DNA of 64,000 nt from Flaccisagitta enflata (lineage: Eukaryota). A model generated the notes under the pieces. That model saw only the letters and a program-made list of their open reading frames with translations. It was not told the origin of the DNA and ran no database searches. The stretch is taken from contig OZ231126.1 of assembly GCA_965153355.1 (NCBI GenBank), forward strand, positions 3,596,001-3,660,000, given 5' to 3'. Positions 1 through 12,776 of this stretch are shown piece after piece. Within the stretch, counting starts at the first letter, position 1; each line of letters opens with the position of its first letter. The position numbers and the translations under genes are program-made.

Positions 1-458
1 CAGAGTGAAAAGCATTTTTCCGCATACTTTCAGATGTTATGAAACTATTTATACCCAATATTGACTCATTTCTATTGGATTAAATGCTTTATGACCTTAG
101 AGTGCAAAAGAAGAGAAATTTGTGAAAAGCAAGTGAAAAATACTGCTAAACTCTTTTACATTTAGTATTTAAGTTGTCTAATAACTTGACCAAATCAATC
201 AAATTTTTGTCTTTGTTCAATAAAATTCCTTAATAAGGTGCTAAAAAAAATCATTTTTTTGCTCATTTAGCTCATTTTGCTCATTTTTCTTCCAATCAAA
301 TATAGATTTTTACTTTTATCCACATTATTACTTGTCCATTTTAGGCCAAAAAAATCGCAATTTGCATGGCGAAGCACGGCTTGAGCCATAGCATTCTGGA
401 TTCAAGACCCCTTGAACTACATTTTGGCATAGGTCGCTCATTGTGCGTCCTTGTGCGA

Positions 459-1947
459 TTTTTTAGTCGCGTGCACGCGACTCTACAACCCGCTCCGTCG
501 GTCGGTCGGTCGGTTGGTCGGTCGGTCGGTCGGTCGGTCCGTAACACTTTGCTTTTTTGCGTCGTTTTTTGTCATTTTGGGTCGTCTGGAGTTATTTTGA
601 ATCATTTTTTTGGTGTTTTTGATAATTATTGGTTGTTTTTGGTCATTTTTTATCATTTTTGGTCATTTTTGTCATTTTAGTCATTTTGGTCATTTTGGTC
701 ATTTTTGATCATTTTTGATCATTTTTGGTCATTTTTGGTCATTTTTGGTCATTTTTGGTCATTTTTGGTCATTTTGGTCAATTTGGTCATTTCGTTCATT
801 TTGGTCATTTTGGTCATTTTGGTCATTTCGGTCAAAATTGGTCATTTTTGGTCATTTTTGGTCATTTTTGGTCATTTTTGGTCATTTTTGGTCATTTTTG
901 GTCATTTTTGGTCATTTTTGGTCATTTTTGGTCATTTTGGTCATTTTGGTCATTTTGGTCATTTTTGGTCATTTTGGTCATTTTGGTCATTTTTGATCAT
1001 TTTTGGTCATTTTTGGTCATTTTGGTCATTTTTTTCATATTATTAGTATATCTAACTATAATTAGTTTGATATATATTATCAAAACTATATAAAATCATA
1101 TATATATATATTGTATTGTATTGTATGCTATGATAACATATTGTATACAATTTCAATGGATATTGTATTGTATTGGTATTGTATTGTATTGTCCCAATAC
1201 TTGAAAGTATTGTATTGGTATTGTATAGTTGACGAAAATGTTATATAGCTCAGGCCTGGGTTTAAGTCTGGTTTAAGTCTGGTTTAAGTCTGGTTTGAGT
1301 CTGGTTTGAGTCTGGTTTGAGTCTGGTTTGAGTCTGGTTTGAGTCTGGTTTGAGTCTGGTTTGAGTCTGGTTTGAGTCTGGTTTGAGTCTGGATTGAGTC
1401 TGGCTTGAGTCTGGTTTAAGTCTGGTTTGAGTCTGGTTTATGTCTGATTGATGTCTGGTTTAGGTCTGGTTTAGGTCTGGTTTTTGTCTGATTCATGTCT
1501 GGTTTGGGTCTGGTTTATGTCTGGTTTAGGTCTGGTTTAGGTCTGGTTAGGTCTGGTTTAAGACTGGTTTAATTCTGGTTTAATTCTGGTTTAATTCTGG
1601 TTTAATTCTGGTTTGAGTCTGGTTTGAGTCTGGTTTGAGTCTGGTTTGAGTCTGGTTTGAGTCTGGTTTGTGTCTGATTTGAGTCTGGTTTGAGTCTGGT
1701 TTGAGCCTGGATTGAGTCTGGTTTGAGTCTGGATTGAGTCTGGATTGAGTCTGGGTTGAGTCTGGTTTGAGTCTGGTTTGAGTCTGGATTGAGTCTGGTT
1801 TGAGTCTGGTTTAGGTCTGGTTTAGGTCTGGTTTGGGTCTGGTTTGGGTCTGGTTTAAGTCTGATTTTTGATAAAAAGATACAAGAAGGAGTCACGTCAG
1901 TTCAGTTATTTTTGTCCTGCACGCGACTTATAGGTGTTGGCCTTGTT
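459..1947 (+). mobile_element. Non-autonomous Helentron/DINE-1-like element (HINE) with central tandem repeats
   Basis: T-run, then AGTCGCGTGCACGCGACT palindrome, GTCG/GTCC microsatellite, (GGTCATTTT[T])n and (GTCTGGTTTGA)n arrays, and 3' end TGCACGCGACTTATAGGTGTTGGCCTTGTT; same family as the array copies at 29-52 kb. Confidence 0.8.
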
Positions 1948-3108
1948 ATATTTATAGGGTAATAAAAGCATGCAAATTAGGTCAAATATGTAGTAATAGT
2001 AGACTAATTTATTAGCGCTAAAGATGTAAAAAATATTGATTTTTTAAATTTTTCCAGACATGTAAACATCAATGAAGGAATCCAATCCAATATTGAAGAT
2101 ATCATGAGCTTTTTGTAATCTTAACAGATAATCAAAAAAAAATCATTGATTTTTCTTGAAATTCAGCATTTTTTGTAGTAATGTCCATTTAGGTCGCCTT
2201 TTCTCACTCTAAAACGCCATAAAACCTGTCATATGGACCGGTAATATATGAACAAATGCTACCATGACCAGTTTACTTAGTTTGAGCCATATAGCAGAGA
2301 TGAAAATTTTCACCCAAATACCAAAGGAGCCATCTAGCGCAAGCCGTGGCTCTTAGTGGGCTGGTTCGTCCGTCATTGAATGAAACATTTGACACCCACT
2401 CTCTTTATCATTTCGCTGTTGTCTTTGTTGTTTTTTTTTGTTTTTTTTGTTTTGTTTTTTTGTTGTTGTCTTTTCGTTGGCAGTGGATCCGAGTAATCCG
2501 GGTAGTAAATCGATTCCAGATTCAAGAACTAAAATATCTCAAATGTCTCAGCTTATTTCTCTCACGTTCTCACGATTCTTTCCCGAATTCTATTTAACAA
2601 TTAACACCCAAAACAAAAACAAATTCTTTTACAACCGGCTCTTACTTTATTACAAGACATAACGGATTAATACTTGCCAAAATGAATAGGATATTGCTAA
2701 ATATTCAAATTGCATGGGTCAATTAAAATGCCGCTGCATCTAAATCGTTGCTAAGACCGGCGAATAATAGAAACAATTCGCTTACTGGCAATTTCGCGCG
2801 TACTGTCTTCTGATTTTCTTAAAGAAGCTTGATTATTTTTCTCAACAAACTAAGAGATCGCGTAAACATGCGTAAACCAAATGAAATTTGTTTTCTTTCT
2901 TATCAACAATGACACCAACTACAATCTGTTATTTTCTAAAATGATCATGAGGGTTGCAATGTAGTTCTTTTAATGTCGAAAAAGCTACAAGGCCCGTATC
3001 ATGAAATATGTCATTTCTTCCACTGGTGTCAATCGATATTTTTTCCCACTGTTCCATGGGTAAGTCTTTGTTCCTTCATTGCGAAAATAATCTTTTGTGA
3101 AGTATGAC

Positions 3109-3372
3109 AGAGAGACAGAGAGAAAGAGAGAGAGAGCGAGAGCTAAAGAGCGAGAGCGAGACAGCAAGAAAGCGTGAGAGCGAGAAAGCATGAGAGCAGG
3201 GGCGTGAGAGCGAGAGAGTGTGAGAGCAAGAGCTAAAACGAGAGAGCAAGAGCAAAAGCAAGAGAGCGAGAGCAAAAGCAAGAAAGCGAGAGCGAGATCG
3301 AGAGAGGGCCAGAGAGCAAGAGAGAGGGCCAGAGAGCAAGAGAGAGGGCCAGAGAGCGAGAGCGAGAGAGCG
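3109..3372. repeat. Degenerate (GA)n/(GAGCAA)n microsatellite
   Basis: Purine-rich simple repeat seen directly. Confidence 0.85.
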
Positions 3373-3879
3373 CACCACTTTTCCTATCATGTCAAGTCTT
3401 TGCTAAATCAAAGTCATTCCTAATCATGACATTTCACGCCTTTTCTGCTTCTACTACTAGTAAATCCTGTCCCTTCAGTCATTTTTGTCATTTGTCATGG
3501 TCTGCTGATGGCAGGGACATTGTCCTTTTCATGGAAAAAGATGACGAAAACGTCCGCCGTGTCATTCTAACACAACACCAAAGCATTAGATTCGCGTGCG
3601 AGCGCGTTTCACCTCTTTTTTGCTCGTTTGAGAAAAAAAAGTTCACAAAAAAATACCATTTTGTCATTGAACGACTTCAGTTTAAAAGTAAATTTGTGGT
3701 AACAGTGAAATATACCTCAGCTCTCAAACGTTATTCAAAATGGGGGATGTAGATAGGTAAATTAACAATATTTTGTGGGGTGGACTTCCGATTCTGGCGA
3801 TTCTGGCGATCAGTTGTACATTTTCCTTGCTGTCTATGTTGACAGGTGTTTTGAAATTCGAATCTAGAAATTTTCCCAC

Positions 3880-4562
3880 CGTGTTCAAGCCAAATTTTTT
3901 TTTCACTATGAACTAGAAACTAGTTGCTGGTAGCGAGCTAGTTTTTGAATTTTCTCCACCAGTAAATGAATGAGCATTGAAATGCAAGGCCTCGAATGCG
4001 TGTGTTTTTAAATTAAAATCAAAGGACTAGTAACTCTACATAAGAGGTTTTGTCCGTCTGTCAGTCAGTTCATAACGCACAAATCAAAAAGTGTGAAAAA
4101 GCAAATTGGAAATGACGCAGGTGTGTGGGAACAGGGAGTGTAGAGGGTAGGGTGTTGTTCGCTACTGCCCACCCACCCGCGACGACATTGTAACCCCGCA
4201 TTTCTTTTTTTTTATGAAAAGTGCTACAAAAAGTAACTTACAAAAAATTTTGAAAAAAAAATGTTTTTTTTTTTTTAAATTGTCTCATAATTCAATTCAA
4301 TACCTCCCCTCTACATTCCCCGCTTTCACACACCCACGGCATTTCCAACATGCTTTTTCACACTTTTCGATTAGCGCGTTATGAACTGACTGATAAGTTG
4401 ACCGACGGACAGACAAAACCTCTCATGTAGAGTTGCTAGTCCGCATTCGAGGCCTTGCATTTCAATGCTCATTCATCAACTGGTGGAGAAAATTCGAAAA
4501 ATAGCTCGCTACCAGCAACTAGTTTCTAGTTCATAGTGAAAAAGAAAATTTGGCTCGAACGC
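3880..4562. repeat. Diverged inverted duplication (arms about 3880-4152 and 4301-4562)
   Basis: TTCACTATGAACTAGAAACTAGTTGCTGGTAGCGAGCTA at about 3902 is reverse-complemented at about 4502-4540; similarity continues inward. Confidence 0.75.
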
Positions 4563-4568
4563 AGTAAG

Positions 4569-4735
4569 AACAAGGCCGGATACACGGCCAATACCAGTCG
4601 CGGACGGGTGGGCAGGGGCGGAAATGCGTGTTTTCCCATTTTTCGACTCGAGCGTGACGGACCAACCAACCAACCAACCAACCGACCGACGGACGGACAA
4701 AGCCTCTTATAGAGTCGCTTGTCCGCGACTAAAAA
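4569..4735 (-). mobile_element. Short HINE (AGTCGCGGAC subTIR family)
   Basis: AACAAGGCCGGATACACGGCC hairpin end, GACG/CCAA microsatellite, AGTCGCTTGTCCGCGACTAAAA end; close copy at 26911-27079. Confidence 0.75.
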
Positions 4736-5349
4736 TTCTAGATTCTCAATTGTCTCAGATAATGAGTTGAATATCATATTCAATAATTACATTATTATCA
4801 TTCTCATTACCGCCAACATTCACCTGACTCCCCTTTCCTTCTTTCAAAACCCCCCTCGCTTCACCCCATTCACTTCCCCCGTCAGTCTCGCCTCCTCCCC
4901 TCCCGCCCCTTCTCTTTTCCCCGTCCACTGTCTAGACTTACACTCGAAAATTTTTCTAGGTCAGTCGGAAGCTCAATTTTTTGCTTGGACCGGCTCAGCA
5001 CTTTCAATACTGCACGTTTCAAATTTCAAGGTTTTGGCTCAAATACTTTAGAAGTTATGAGCATTTGTTTTTTGAAGAAAAAAAAGTGAAAATACAAAAT
5101 TCAAAATTTTGGTAAATGAGATAAACAGAGTTATGTGCATATGCCAAGGTATCTTTCAGGACCAAATTCAAGCAGATTAGTTTTTATGCTAGTCTTGCTA
5201 GAGCTCATGCCGTTACTATCTTCTGACCGGCCGCATTTAAAAGAGTAATTGGAAAATTCACAAGGATTCAGATTCCGGATCTAAGGTCAATCTCTACACT
5301 GTCCCTTCGCTTTCCTAACTCGTCCCTTTGTTTCTTTTTCCCCTTTCAG

Positions 5350-5523
5350 CACCAACTGAAGAAGACTCAGATCTCCGACAAGTCGGGCGTAAGTTCACAA
5401 GACAAGATTCTGGCGACGATCGCGAAAGGAAACGTCAACTTGAAACACGCCGCAGAACCACAAGTCAAAACATGGATGCCCACTAAGGAGGAGATCGAGG
5501 AGGAGAGGAAGCAAATGGCCTGA
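5350..5523 (+). CDS. Terminal exon of a multi-repeat beta-thymosin/WH2 actin-monomer-binding protein (57 aa: HQLKKTQISDKSGVSSQDKILATIAKGNVNLKHAAEPQVKTWMPTKEEIEEERKQMA*)
   Basis: CTAAC branch point, long polypyrimidine tract and TTTCAG acceptor at 5349; two WH2-type motifs (LKKT..DKS and LKHA..K..PTKEEIEEE); TGA at 5521-5523. Upstream exons not found. Confidence 0.8.
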   Translation, partial: HQLKKTQISDKSGVSSQDKILATIAKGNVNLKHAAEPQVKTWMPTKEEIEEERKQMA

Positions 5524-5717
5524 GGAGAGGGGAGAAGGAGGGGGGGGGGAAGAGTGCGGGGTGATTGAGGAGACGAGGAAGTGAATGGTCCGAGGAGCGG
5601 GGAGGAGGAGGGGGGGGAAGTGCGGGGTGATTGAGGAGACGAGGAAGTAAATGGTCCGAGGAGAGGGGAGGAGAGTTTGAGGGTGGCTGGCGAGAGGGAA
5701 AAGTAAGGGCGATAGGG

Positions 5718-6233
5718 TTGCGTGCTTCGCATAGCAAAAAATTGGATTTTTTTCTCGTCCCGCTAACCTAATATGGAGTGAAAAAAAATCATGATGATGA
5801 CCATTTTCCTTTTCTCAAAATTCCTTCATCTTCCGTTTTTGTTTTGACGTTAAAGTTTACTCAAATTTCCCAGAATTCAGCAAAATCCTGTGTAGTCTTG
5901 TTACAAAAGGAACAATTGTTAGCTTTAGAAAATCATGATTTTTGTAAAAATAAATTAAAATATCAGAGCATAAGTTACGTAAGAGCTTGTGAAAAAGCAG
6001 ATTAACAATTCTTTAAAGAGAAGAAATTTTCAAAAGCTATTTTGAAGAAGATCAGCATACTTTTTTATCCCACTGCAATATACAAATTAGGCTCTCAAAA
6101 ACAATTTTCTAAAAAACGGAAGATGAACAACATTTGATGAAATAAAAATAGTAAAAGTCCTTAAATTGGCCATTCCACATTAGGTAAAGAGGATGAAAAG
6201 AAATAAGCAACTTTTGCTATGTGAAGCACCCAA
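5718..6233 (+). mobile_element. Non-autonomous TIR element with 9-bp TSD (Mutator-like)
   Basis: TIR TTG(C/G)GTGCTTC(G/A)CATAGCAAAA; TSD GCGATAGGG at 5709-5717 and 6234-6242; inverted copy at 59717-60231. Confidence 0.8.
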
Positions 6234-9026
6234 GCGATAGGGTGATGGAAACAGGCTTAGGGGAATACGCGGAAGATTACAAACAACGGTGTTAGATGGT
6301 GCAGTAGAAAAGAGATGTGAGAGATGGGAGGCAAAAGCCGGCATCGCGACGCTAAACGGAATGGAGAGAAGTTAACTCCGGGAGGGCAATGACCGCGACA
6401 AAGTATGGAATACCGCCACAAGGCGTATACAGATAGAATAGACCCCCGCCGCGACAAAGTGATGACGCATGGATTATAATGACGACGTGGCGTGTGGCGT
6501 GGTGGCGTATGGGACATCATTACGCAGCGCAGTGGCGTGTACAGAAGATCGTTATGCACTGTGGTGGTTGTTGTGGCGTATGAACGTGGCGTAAGGACGT
6601 GGCGTAAGGACGTGGCGTATGGACGACTATGGCCGTGGCCTCAAATGAAAACCGGAATGGCAGTGAAGGACCGAAGGTGGCGTTGACATCGACTTTGCCG
6701 GCAAAAAAAAACAAACTCGCCGGACGGTCGCGTGTGCCGGCCAGATGGCATGGAGAAGAGGGAGAGAGGGAGGAGAAACAGTAAGAGAGGAAGAGGAAGA
6801 AGAGGAGGAAGAATAAAGAGCTAATAAAACCGAAGGGAGAGGTGGTGTAGCATGAAGAAAGAGAAAGACTAACAAACTACAGGCTGTAGTCCAGCAACAA
6901 CGAGAAGAAAGAAAATAGCGTTTAGAATGTTTGCCTCAATATCAGCCGGCTTATCTTTTTGGTAAGCTTGATAGTTTTTTTTTTTTCGATTTTTACCGCT
7001 AAGAGGAGGTGAAAAAGGAAGAAAATTATTGAAGTGTAAGATAATGACCAATCATTATTTTTGATTGAGCTACTATGTCAAAGTTGAAACTACAGCAAGA
7101 CGCAATGTGAGTTATTTTTCCTATAGGCTTTTTTTTTATTGAACAGTGAAAATTGCATGAAATTCCGTTAGCGCAAACCAATATCCCGTTTGTTCTTGTA
7201 GCTCGTACTTAACCGGCGTTTGCTATTGCTCATGATTAATATCGCGTTGTTGTTCTCACTTGGCTTTACAACTTTTTTTTTGTCCTTCTTTTCCTGTATT
7301 GCTTTTCATGTGGTTTTATAATACAAAAGCGGATTTTCGTAGCGTACTAGTCTGACTACAAAATCTTACAATGCTAATACATATATGATGAAAATGTCTC
7401 TTCAACCGTCTAATGTGAAAAAAACGTCCCGAGAGTCCGCCTTGAATTTGAATACAACACCAAAATACTTAAAAAATTATTTCAAATTGATCCTTTAATA
7501 AGTTTCATTGCCTCCCGTTTCACACATTCTTTTTTTGTGAATATGTGCATGAAAAAAAAACTAAAGAAGGAAAAAAACGCGATAAAAAAAAAAAATTGGC
7601 AGCAGTTTAGAATTTTAAAAAAGGTCAAATTTTCGATCTTAATTATTTTTTTTTTTTTTTCAAGACAATTTTTTTTCTTTTTTTTTTTTTTTTTTTTTGC
7701 AGCGTGATTTTTTTCCTTCTTGTTAATCTCCGCCAAATTTCTTTTAATGACATTGAAGCAGTTCCACCTTGTGTTGAATATATAGAAATTGAATCTCAGC
7801 ATCGAATTGATCAAAAAACCGCCATTTTCATGTTTATCCCTTAAATGTATTTACGTCTTGGTGTTTTTATTTCTCGCTCTGACACTAGACAGTAAGCACT
7901 GAGCTGCCTGCAGCTAATCGAACCAGTCAAGACCTATACACTCTGGAAAACAGACATGCAGTTGGCATATAGGTCACTGAGCAGTGGCAGATAATTGCGA
8001 CGTAGACAAACCAATTTACACAATGGCATAGATAGCGAGGAAACCTATCCTGTACAGACCGTACTGTACTAAAACAAAGTTGCAGTTGAACTGGCAGTTG
8101 TTGTTAATACCTAGTGGTTATCACACGCCAACAGAATTGAGAGCGAGCGGAAGAAAGAGAGGAATAGGGAAAAAGAATGAATTGAGTGAGGTCACGCTAA
8201 CCTATCGCGTCTTGTATCGACTTTACTTTGGATACTTCTTTCCTTTCATCGTTGCATAAGATAGAAACAGCTCTCGAGAGCATAAGATAGAAACAGCTCT
8301 CGAGCTCTCGAGAGCGCGAAGTGACATGACATGACATACGATTCCGCAATGTTGAGTGACACTTTTGTGCAGTACATAGAAAAGGTCTGGCTAGAGGGCA
8401 GGGGGGCTGTCACCCCCATCGAAGAGCGGGAGCCCAGGCCCCAAAGGGATCCGAGATAAGAAAGGAAAAATATTTAAAACTAGTCATCCAAGGATCGCAC
8501 ATGGTCAGCGGTACCCGATGCCCTGCTGGGAGTCAGACGACGAACGTAGCCTTAGATGTTTAAAAGACTTTTTTTAGGGTAACATCATTTTTTACCAAGC
8601 GAATTCGAGATTCTTTGTATTATTCTTCATTTTATACATCGGAAAAATAACTACCAGAAAATTCTTTGGCCAGTTTCTAATCTTTGATTACAAATGGATC
8701 TCGATGATTGTGAGTCATAGTGTTATGGAAAAAGTAGATAAGTGTTGATCAACCATTCTGTGCATCAATTTGGTTGAACAACAAAATGCTCTCTTGATGT
8801 AAGTTATGATGATTGCTGATGAATATTTTTTTTATTCCTTGTTAACATGTTCAACCTTACTTTTTTCCAACTTCTATAGCCGGAAGAATTGATATGACAA
8901 TGGATTCTGCTTAGTTGGACATGAATCTATGGGAATCAAGAAAAAAATCAATTCTTCCGCCATTTTGGATACCCTGCGTACCCCCCCTGGCTGGGAGTGA
9001 TCCAGTTAAGAAATAGAGTGAGAGCA

Positions 9027-9462
9027 GGGCAGCGGCCTTAAAGGGCCGATGTTTTGTAGAACACAGGGGGGAATTTCCCAATGTCCCTCCTTCCATCCCT
9101 CCTGAGGGGGGCATATTTCAGCCTTTAGATGGCTGATTAAGGCCACCAAAGGCATATTTAAGGGCTGGAGGGCAAAATCAAGGCTTAAAGAGCAGATTTG
9201 AGGTTTAAAAGGCTGATTTTATGCTTGGAGGGCTGATTTAAAGTCTGGAGGGCAGATTTGAGGTCTGGAGGGCAGTTTTTTAAGCAGGGGGGGGGTGATT
9301 TAAAGCAAAGATGGCTAATTTAAGGCTTGGAGGGCTAAATTGAGGCTTGGGAGGGGTAATTTTAGGCCTCGATAGTCACCAGAGGGGGATGGACGGAGGA
9401 ACGGACGCTAGGAAATTCCCCTCTGTGTTCTACAGGACATCGGCCTATTGAGGCCGCTGCCC
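9027..9462. mobile_element. MITE-like element with about 50-bp inverted ends and internal ~21-bp tandem repeats
   Basis: GGGCAGCGGCC...GTAGAACACAGGGGGAATTTCC matched by GGAAATTCCCCTCTGTGTTCTAC...GGCCGCTGCCC; related pieces at 9556-9870 and 16426-21767. Confidence 0.65.
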
Positions 9463-9668
9463 AAAAAGGAGGGAACAGGTCGCCCAAGCGCAATATGTGG
9501 TCATAGATACCCGTTGCCCTGCTTTACAGGATTGTGAATTTGAGTGATGGGAAGCAGGGCAGCGGCTCCAAATGGGATGAAGTCCTGTAGACCACAGGGG
9601 ACTTTTGTTCATTCATTCGTTCGTTCGTCCATTCGTTTGTTCATAGGTTTGAGGAATGAAGGGCTAAT

Positions 9669-9855
9669 TTGAGGTCTGAGAGGCCTGATATGAGGTCTGA
9701 GAGGCCTGATATGAGGTGTGAGAGGCCTGATTTGAGGTGCGAGAGGCCTGATTTGAGGTGTCAGAGGCCTGATTCGAGGTGTCAGAGGCCTGATTTGAGG
9801 TGTGAGAGGCCTGATATGAGGTCCAAGAGGTCTGATTTGAGGTCTGAGAGGCCCT
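9669..9855. repeat. 21-bp minisatellite (GAGGCCTGATTTGAGGTGTGA-like)
   Basis: About 9 tandem units. Confidence 0.85.
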
Positions 9856-10087
9856 TTCGAGGCTGAGAGAATTATTTTGGGTAAATGGGCTGAATCAGGG
9901 GGAAAGAGAGGCAGCAGAAAGCAGCCACCACACCAAAAACGTAAAAAAAATTCAAGAGTAATGCTTGGCTCATCCTAACAAGACTCCCAGACAGCAGTGG
10001 TCAGCGGTACCAATCGCTTCTAAGCTAGGACCCCATGCTTGGATGTCGTAGTGGCCACGAAGGAGTGGATGACCTAATTGACCTATA

Positions 10088-10243
10088 CACTTTTTATTTT
10101 TTATAAGAACCTAGTTTATAAGAACATCAAGGCTTGAAATTGCGCTAAAATTAAGAACATCGTAGTTATTTTATTAGTAGCTATCTCTATCTCTTTGGAA
10201 GGCTTCGGCCAAAAAATGACGTTCTTATAAAAAATAAAAAGTG
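10088..10243. mobile_element. Small TA-flanked MITE (Tc1/mariner-like)
   Basis: TIR CACTTTTTATTTTTTATAAGAAC, TA on both sides; absent from the homologous site at about 62780. Confidence 0.75.
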
Positions 10244-10353
10244 TACTTGGTTCAGATTGGAGCAGGATCTGAGCACGGAGCCTGAGATTTGAGCAGAGGC
10301 TGTATGAAAGCAGAGGTTCAAAAAATGACTTAATTTACATTCAAAAGAACGTA

Positions 10354-10605
10354 CAGTCGAGCTTCACTAGAGCGCACCCGCTAATAAGGCATCCCTCGCT
10401 ATTTGGCATGATTTCACTTTTTTGCCTTAGTTTTATTGTTGATGAAAACCCGTCTATAGCGCACCCGCCTACAAGGCAAATTTCACTAGAAGGCATGAAA
10501 AAGTGGTGAGATAGTTTTTTTTTGCTCGCTTAGAAGGCATCAGAAGAAGAAAAAGAAGAAGAAGAAGAAGAAGAAGAAGAAGAAGAAGAAGAAGAAGAAG
10601 AAGAA

Positions 10606-10637
<32 letters not shown>

Positions 10638-11415
10638 AGAAGAGAAAGAAGATGAGGAAGAAGAAGAAAAAGAGGAGGAAGAAGAAGAAGAAGAAGAAGA
10701 AGAAGAAGAAGAAGAAGAAGAAGAAGAAGAAGAAGAAGAAGAAGAAGAAGAAGAAGAAGAAGAAGAAGAGGAAGGAGGAGGAAGAGAAAGATGTGGTTTT
10801 TGAGATGGAAGATTTTGACGACAATATCGATATTGCCCAAGTTTCGATGATGATTCCGATGCATCGCGATGACGATGATTCCGATGCATCGCGATGACGA
10901 TGGTCAAGATGAAGACGGTGCAGAAATCAATAACGATGATGACGATAAGAAAATGGGAGGAATGATGCCGCCCACAACCACCAGTTATTTTTCACTGTCT
11001 TAACTCTTGATATGGAAAAGAAATAAGAAAGATCTTGACGCCACAACATTGGTGGAATCATTGGCCTTGATTTAAGACAAAAAACTTTTCTCTTGTGCTA
11101 TGTTCATCTACCTCCAGTCAATTTTGTCCTTCACTTAGTCAATTTTTGGTTTGTAGGTTCCTCTTTATGTTTGCCAGTATGTCTACACGTGGTTACTTGT
11201 CTATCTCTTTGTTTAGTTTTTTAGTTTTTTTAGTTTTTTTATTATTTTTCCTCCCACATGGCATTGGGTAAATCACTCTGGCAAGAACAACCTGTAAGAA
11301 AGAATCAAGAATCAATGTTAACCATAGCGAAAGTCATGCCCGGCAATAAGGCATCCCGCCTTGAAGGCACAAAATGTGTAGGTCCCTTCAAATGCCTTCT
11401 AGTGAAGCTTAAGTG
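10354..11415. mobile_element. TA-flanked non-autonomous element (Tc1/mariner/pogo-like) containing a (GAA)n tract
   Basis: TA-CAGTCGAGCTTCACTAGA ... TCTAGTGAAGCTTAAGTG-TA imperfect TIRs. Confidence 0.6.
10542..10790. repeat. (GAA)n trinucleotide repeat
   Basis: About 250 bp of nearly pure GAA. Confidence 0.95.
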
Positions 11416-11461
11416 TAGTTCGAAGTGCTCTGTTATTCGTGTTTATGTCCAGCTCGACGCC

Positions 11462-11720
11462 GGCGCGTTTCTAGTGAAGATGAATAACGCGTTTCTCTCT
11501 GTAAAACGCGATAACAGCGTGAACACATATTCACGAATTTCCACTGTCCCATGAGGGAGTGCGCAAAGTGAGTGAGCGAGTCCGTGAGCAAAGCGAGTGA
11601 GTGGAGCAAAGCGGAGCGCTGCAGAGCGAGTGAACAGAGTGAGCAGTGCGAGCGGACGAACGTAGCGAGCGACCGAGTGGCCCGTTAAAAACGCGATTGT
11701 TTCTGACTAGAAACGCCCCC
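11462..11720. mobile_element. Short MITE
   Basis: GGCGCGTTTCTAGT ... ACTAGAAACGCCCC inverted ends; internal GAGCGA repeats. Confidence 0.55.
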
Positions 11721-12002
11721 TTAGTACTTGAGTGGGACAAAGGCAACGGCATCGACAAAGACGTCAAAAATTTTCGGTTATTCTTGTTTTTGTCCAGCTG
11801 TAAGGAATGAAAGCTGTAAAAGCAGCTTGGCGGGACCCTATTAATGCCTTGGAAGAATGTGATTAATATTTTCGTGGAGTAGTCATAGCTCCAGATGGTA
11901 TAGTCTAAATAATCGTCCAGATGGTATAGTCTATATAATCGTCCCGCCGATAACTTCGACCCTGCAGCCGTGAGGGATCAGGTGCAGGCTTGTGGAAAAG
12001 TC

Positions 12003-12415
12003 TTGGCTTCGCAATAGTTAACTTTAACTAGTAAGTTAACTTGTTAAAATTCTGAAAACCCCTAAAGTTAAGTAGGAGAAATTAACTAGTTCAAAAAGTT
12101 AATGATTTATGAGAAAAAATGGGAAAAATCACCCTTCTTTCCTTCAAATAACATGATATTTCGTGACATGAAGAAAAAGTATTTGGGTTGTAACACAGAA
12201 ACATGGAAACTTGAGCATTTTTAGCCTAAAGCAGTAAAATCAATACTGAAATTATTGATAGATTTAAAAAATGTATTAAAATAATTCCAATTTTCTGTAA
12301 ATTCTGCTCTTTATAATGGGAAATTTTTAACTATTTTAGCTAGTTAACTAGTGAAATTTCTTGTTAGTTAACTATTAACTAGTTAATTTGAAAATCTTAA
12401 CTATTGCGACTCCTA
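12003..12415. mobile_element. Degenerate hAT-like MITE
   Basis: TCGCAATAGTTAA ... TTAACTATTGCGACTCCTA inverted ends; TGGAAAA near both flanks; internal TTAACTAG repeats. Confidence 0.55.
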
Positions 12416-12776
12416 TGGAAAACCAGTTGATTTCGTCTCCTTTCCCACGGATCAGCGCCACGGGACAATGACTTGGATTTTTGCAGCCTTAGTTATGCTT
12501 TAGAGCTTGTTTTTAGGTAATCCTTTGATTGTTCTCATTCAAAATATTTGAACATTGGAAACGAGGTAAATGTTCTTCCATAATGCCCAACCCAGCGCCA
12601 GATGCAAATGAGACTCCTGCGACATCCATCCCTGTTGAGAATTTCCAATCTGGAAAACACGTTTTAGAAGCGAATGGCGAATGGCGAAAATGGAGTCATT
12701 GTTGCATTAACACCAGCACGTCAACAATTCCTCTGCAAACTAAATGCCATAACTCGCGATGTCCTCAGAAACTGCA

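Noticed and set aside
366-1895. ORFs rich in FGHFWSFLVI or QTRLKPDS (also throughout 29-52 kb)
   Set aside because: Translations of 9-11-bp satellites inside HINEs
3056-3065. ATGG|GTAAGT as first exon of the thymosin gene
   Set aside because: Phase 1 donor is incompatible with the phase 0 acceptor at 5350 and no bridging exon was found
10469-10907. Poly-L/S/F/K ORFs and an acidic E/D-rich frame
   Set aside because: GAA microsatellite inside a TIR element; no splice or start support
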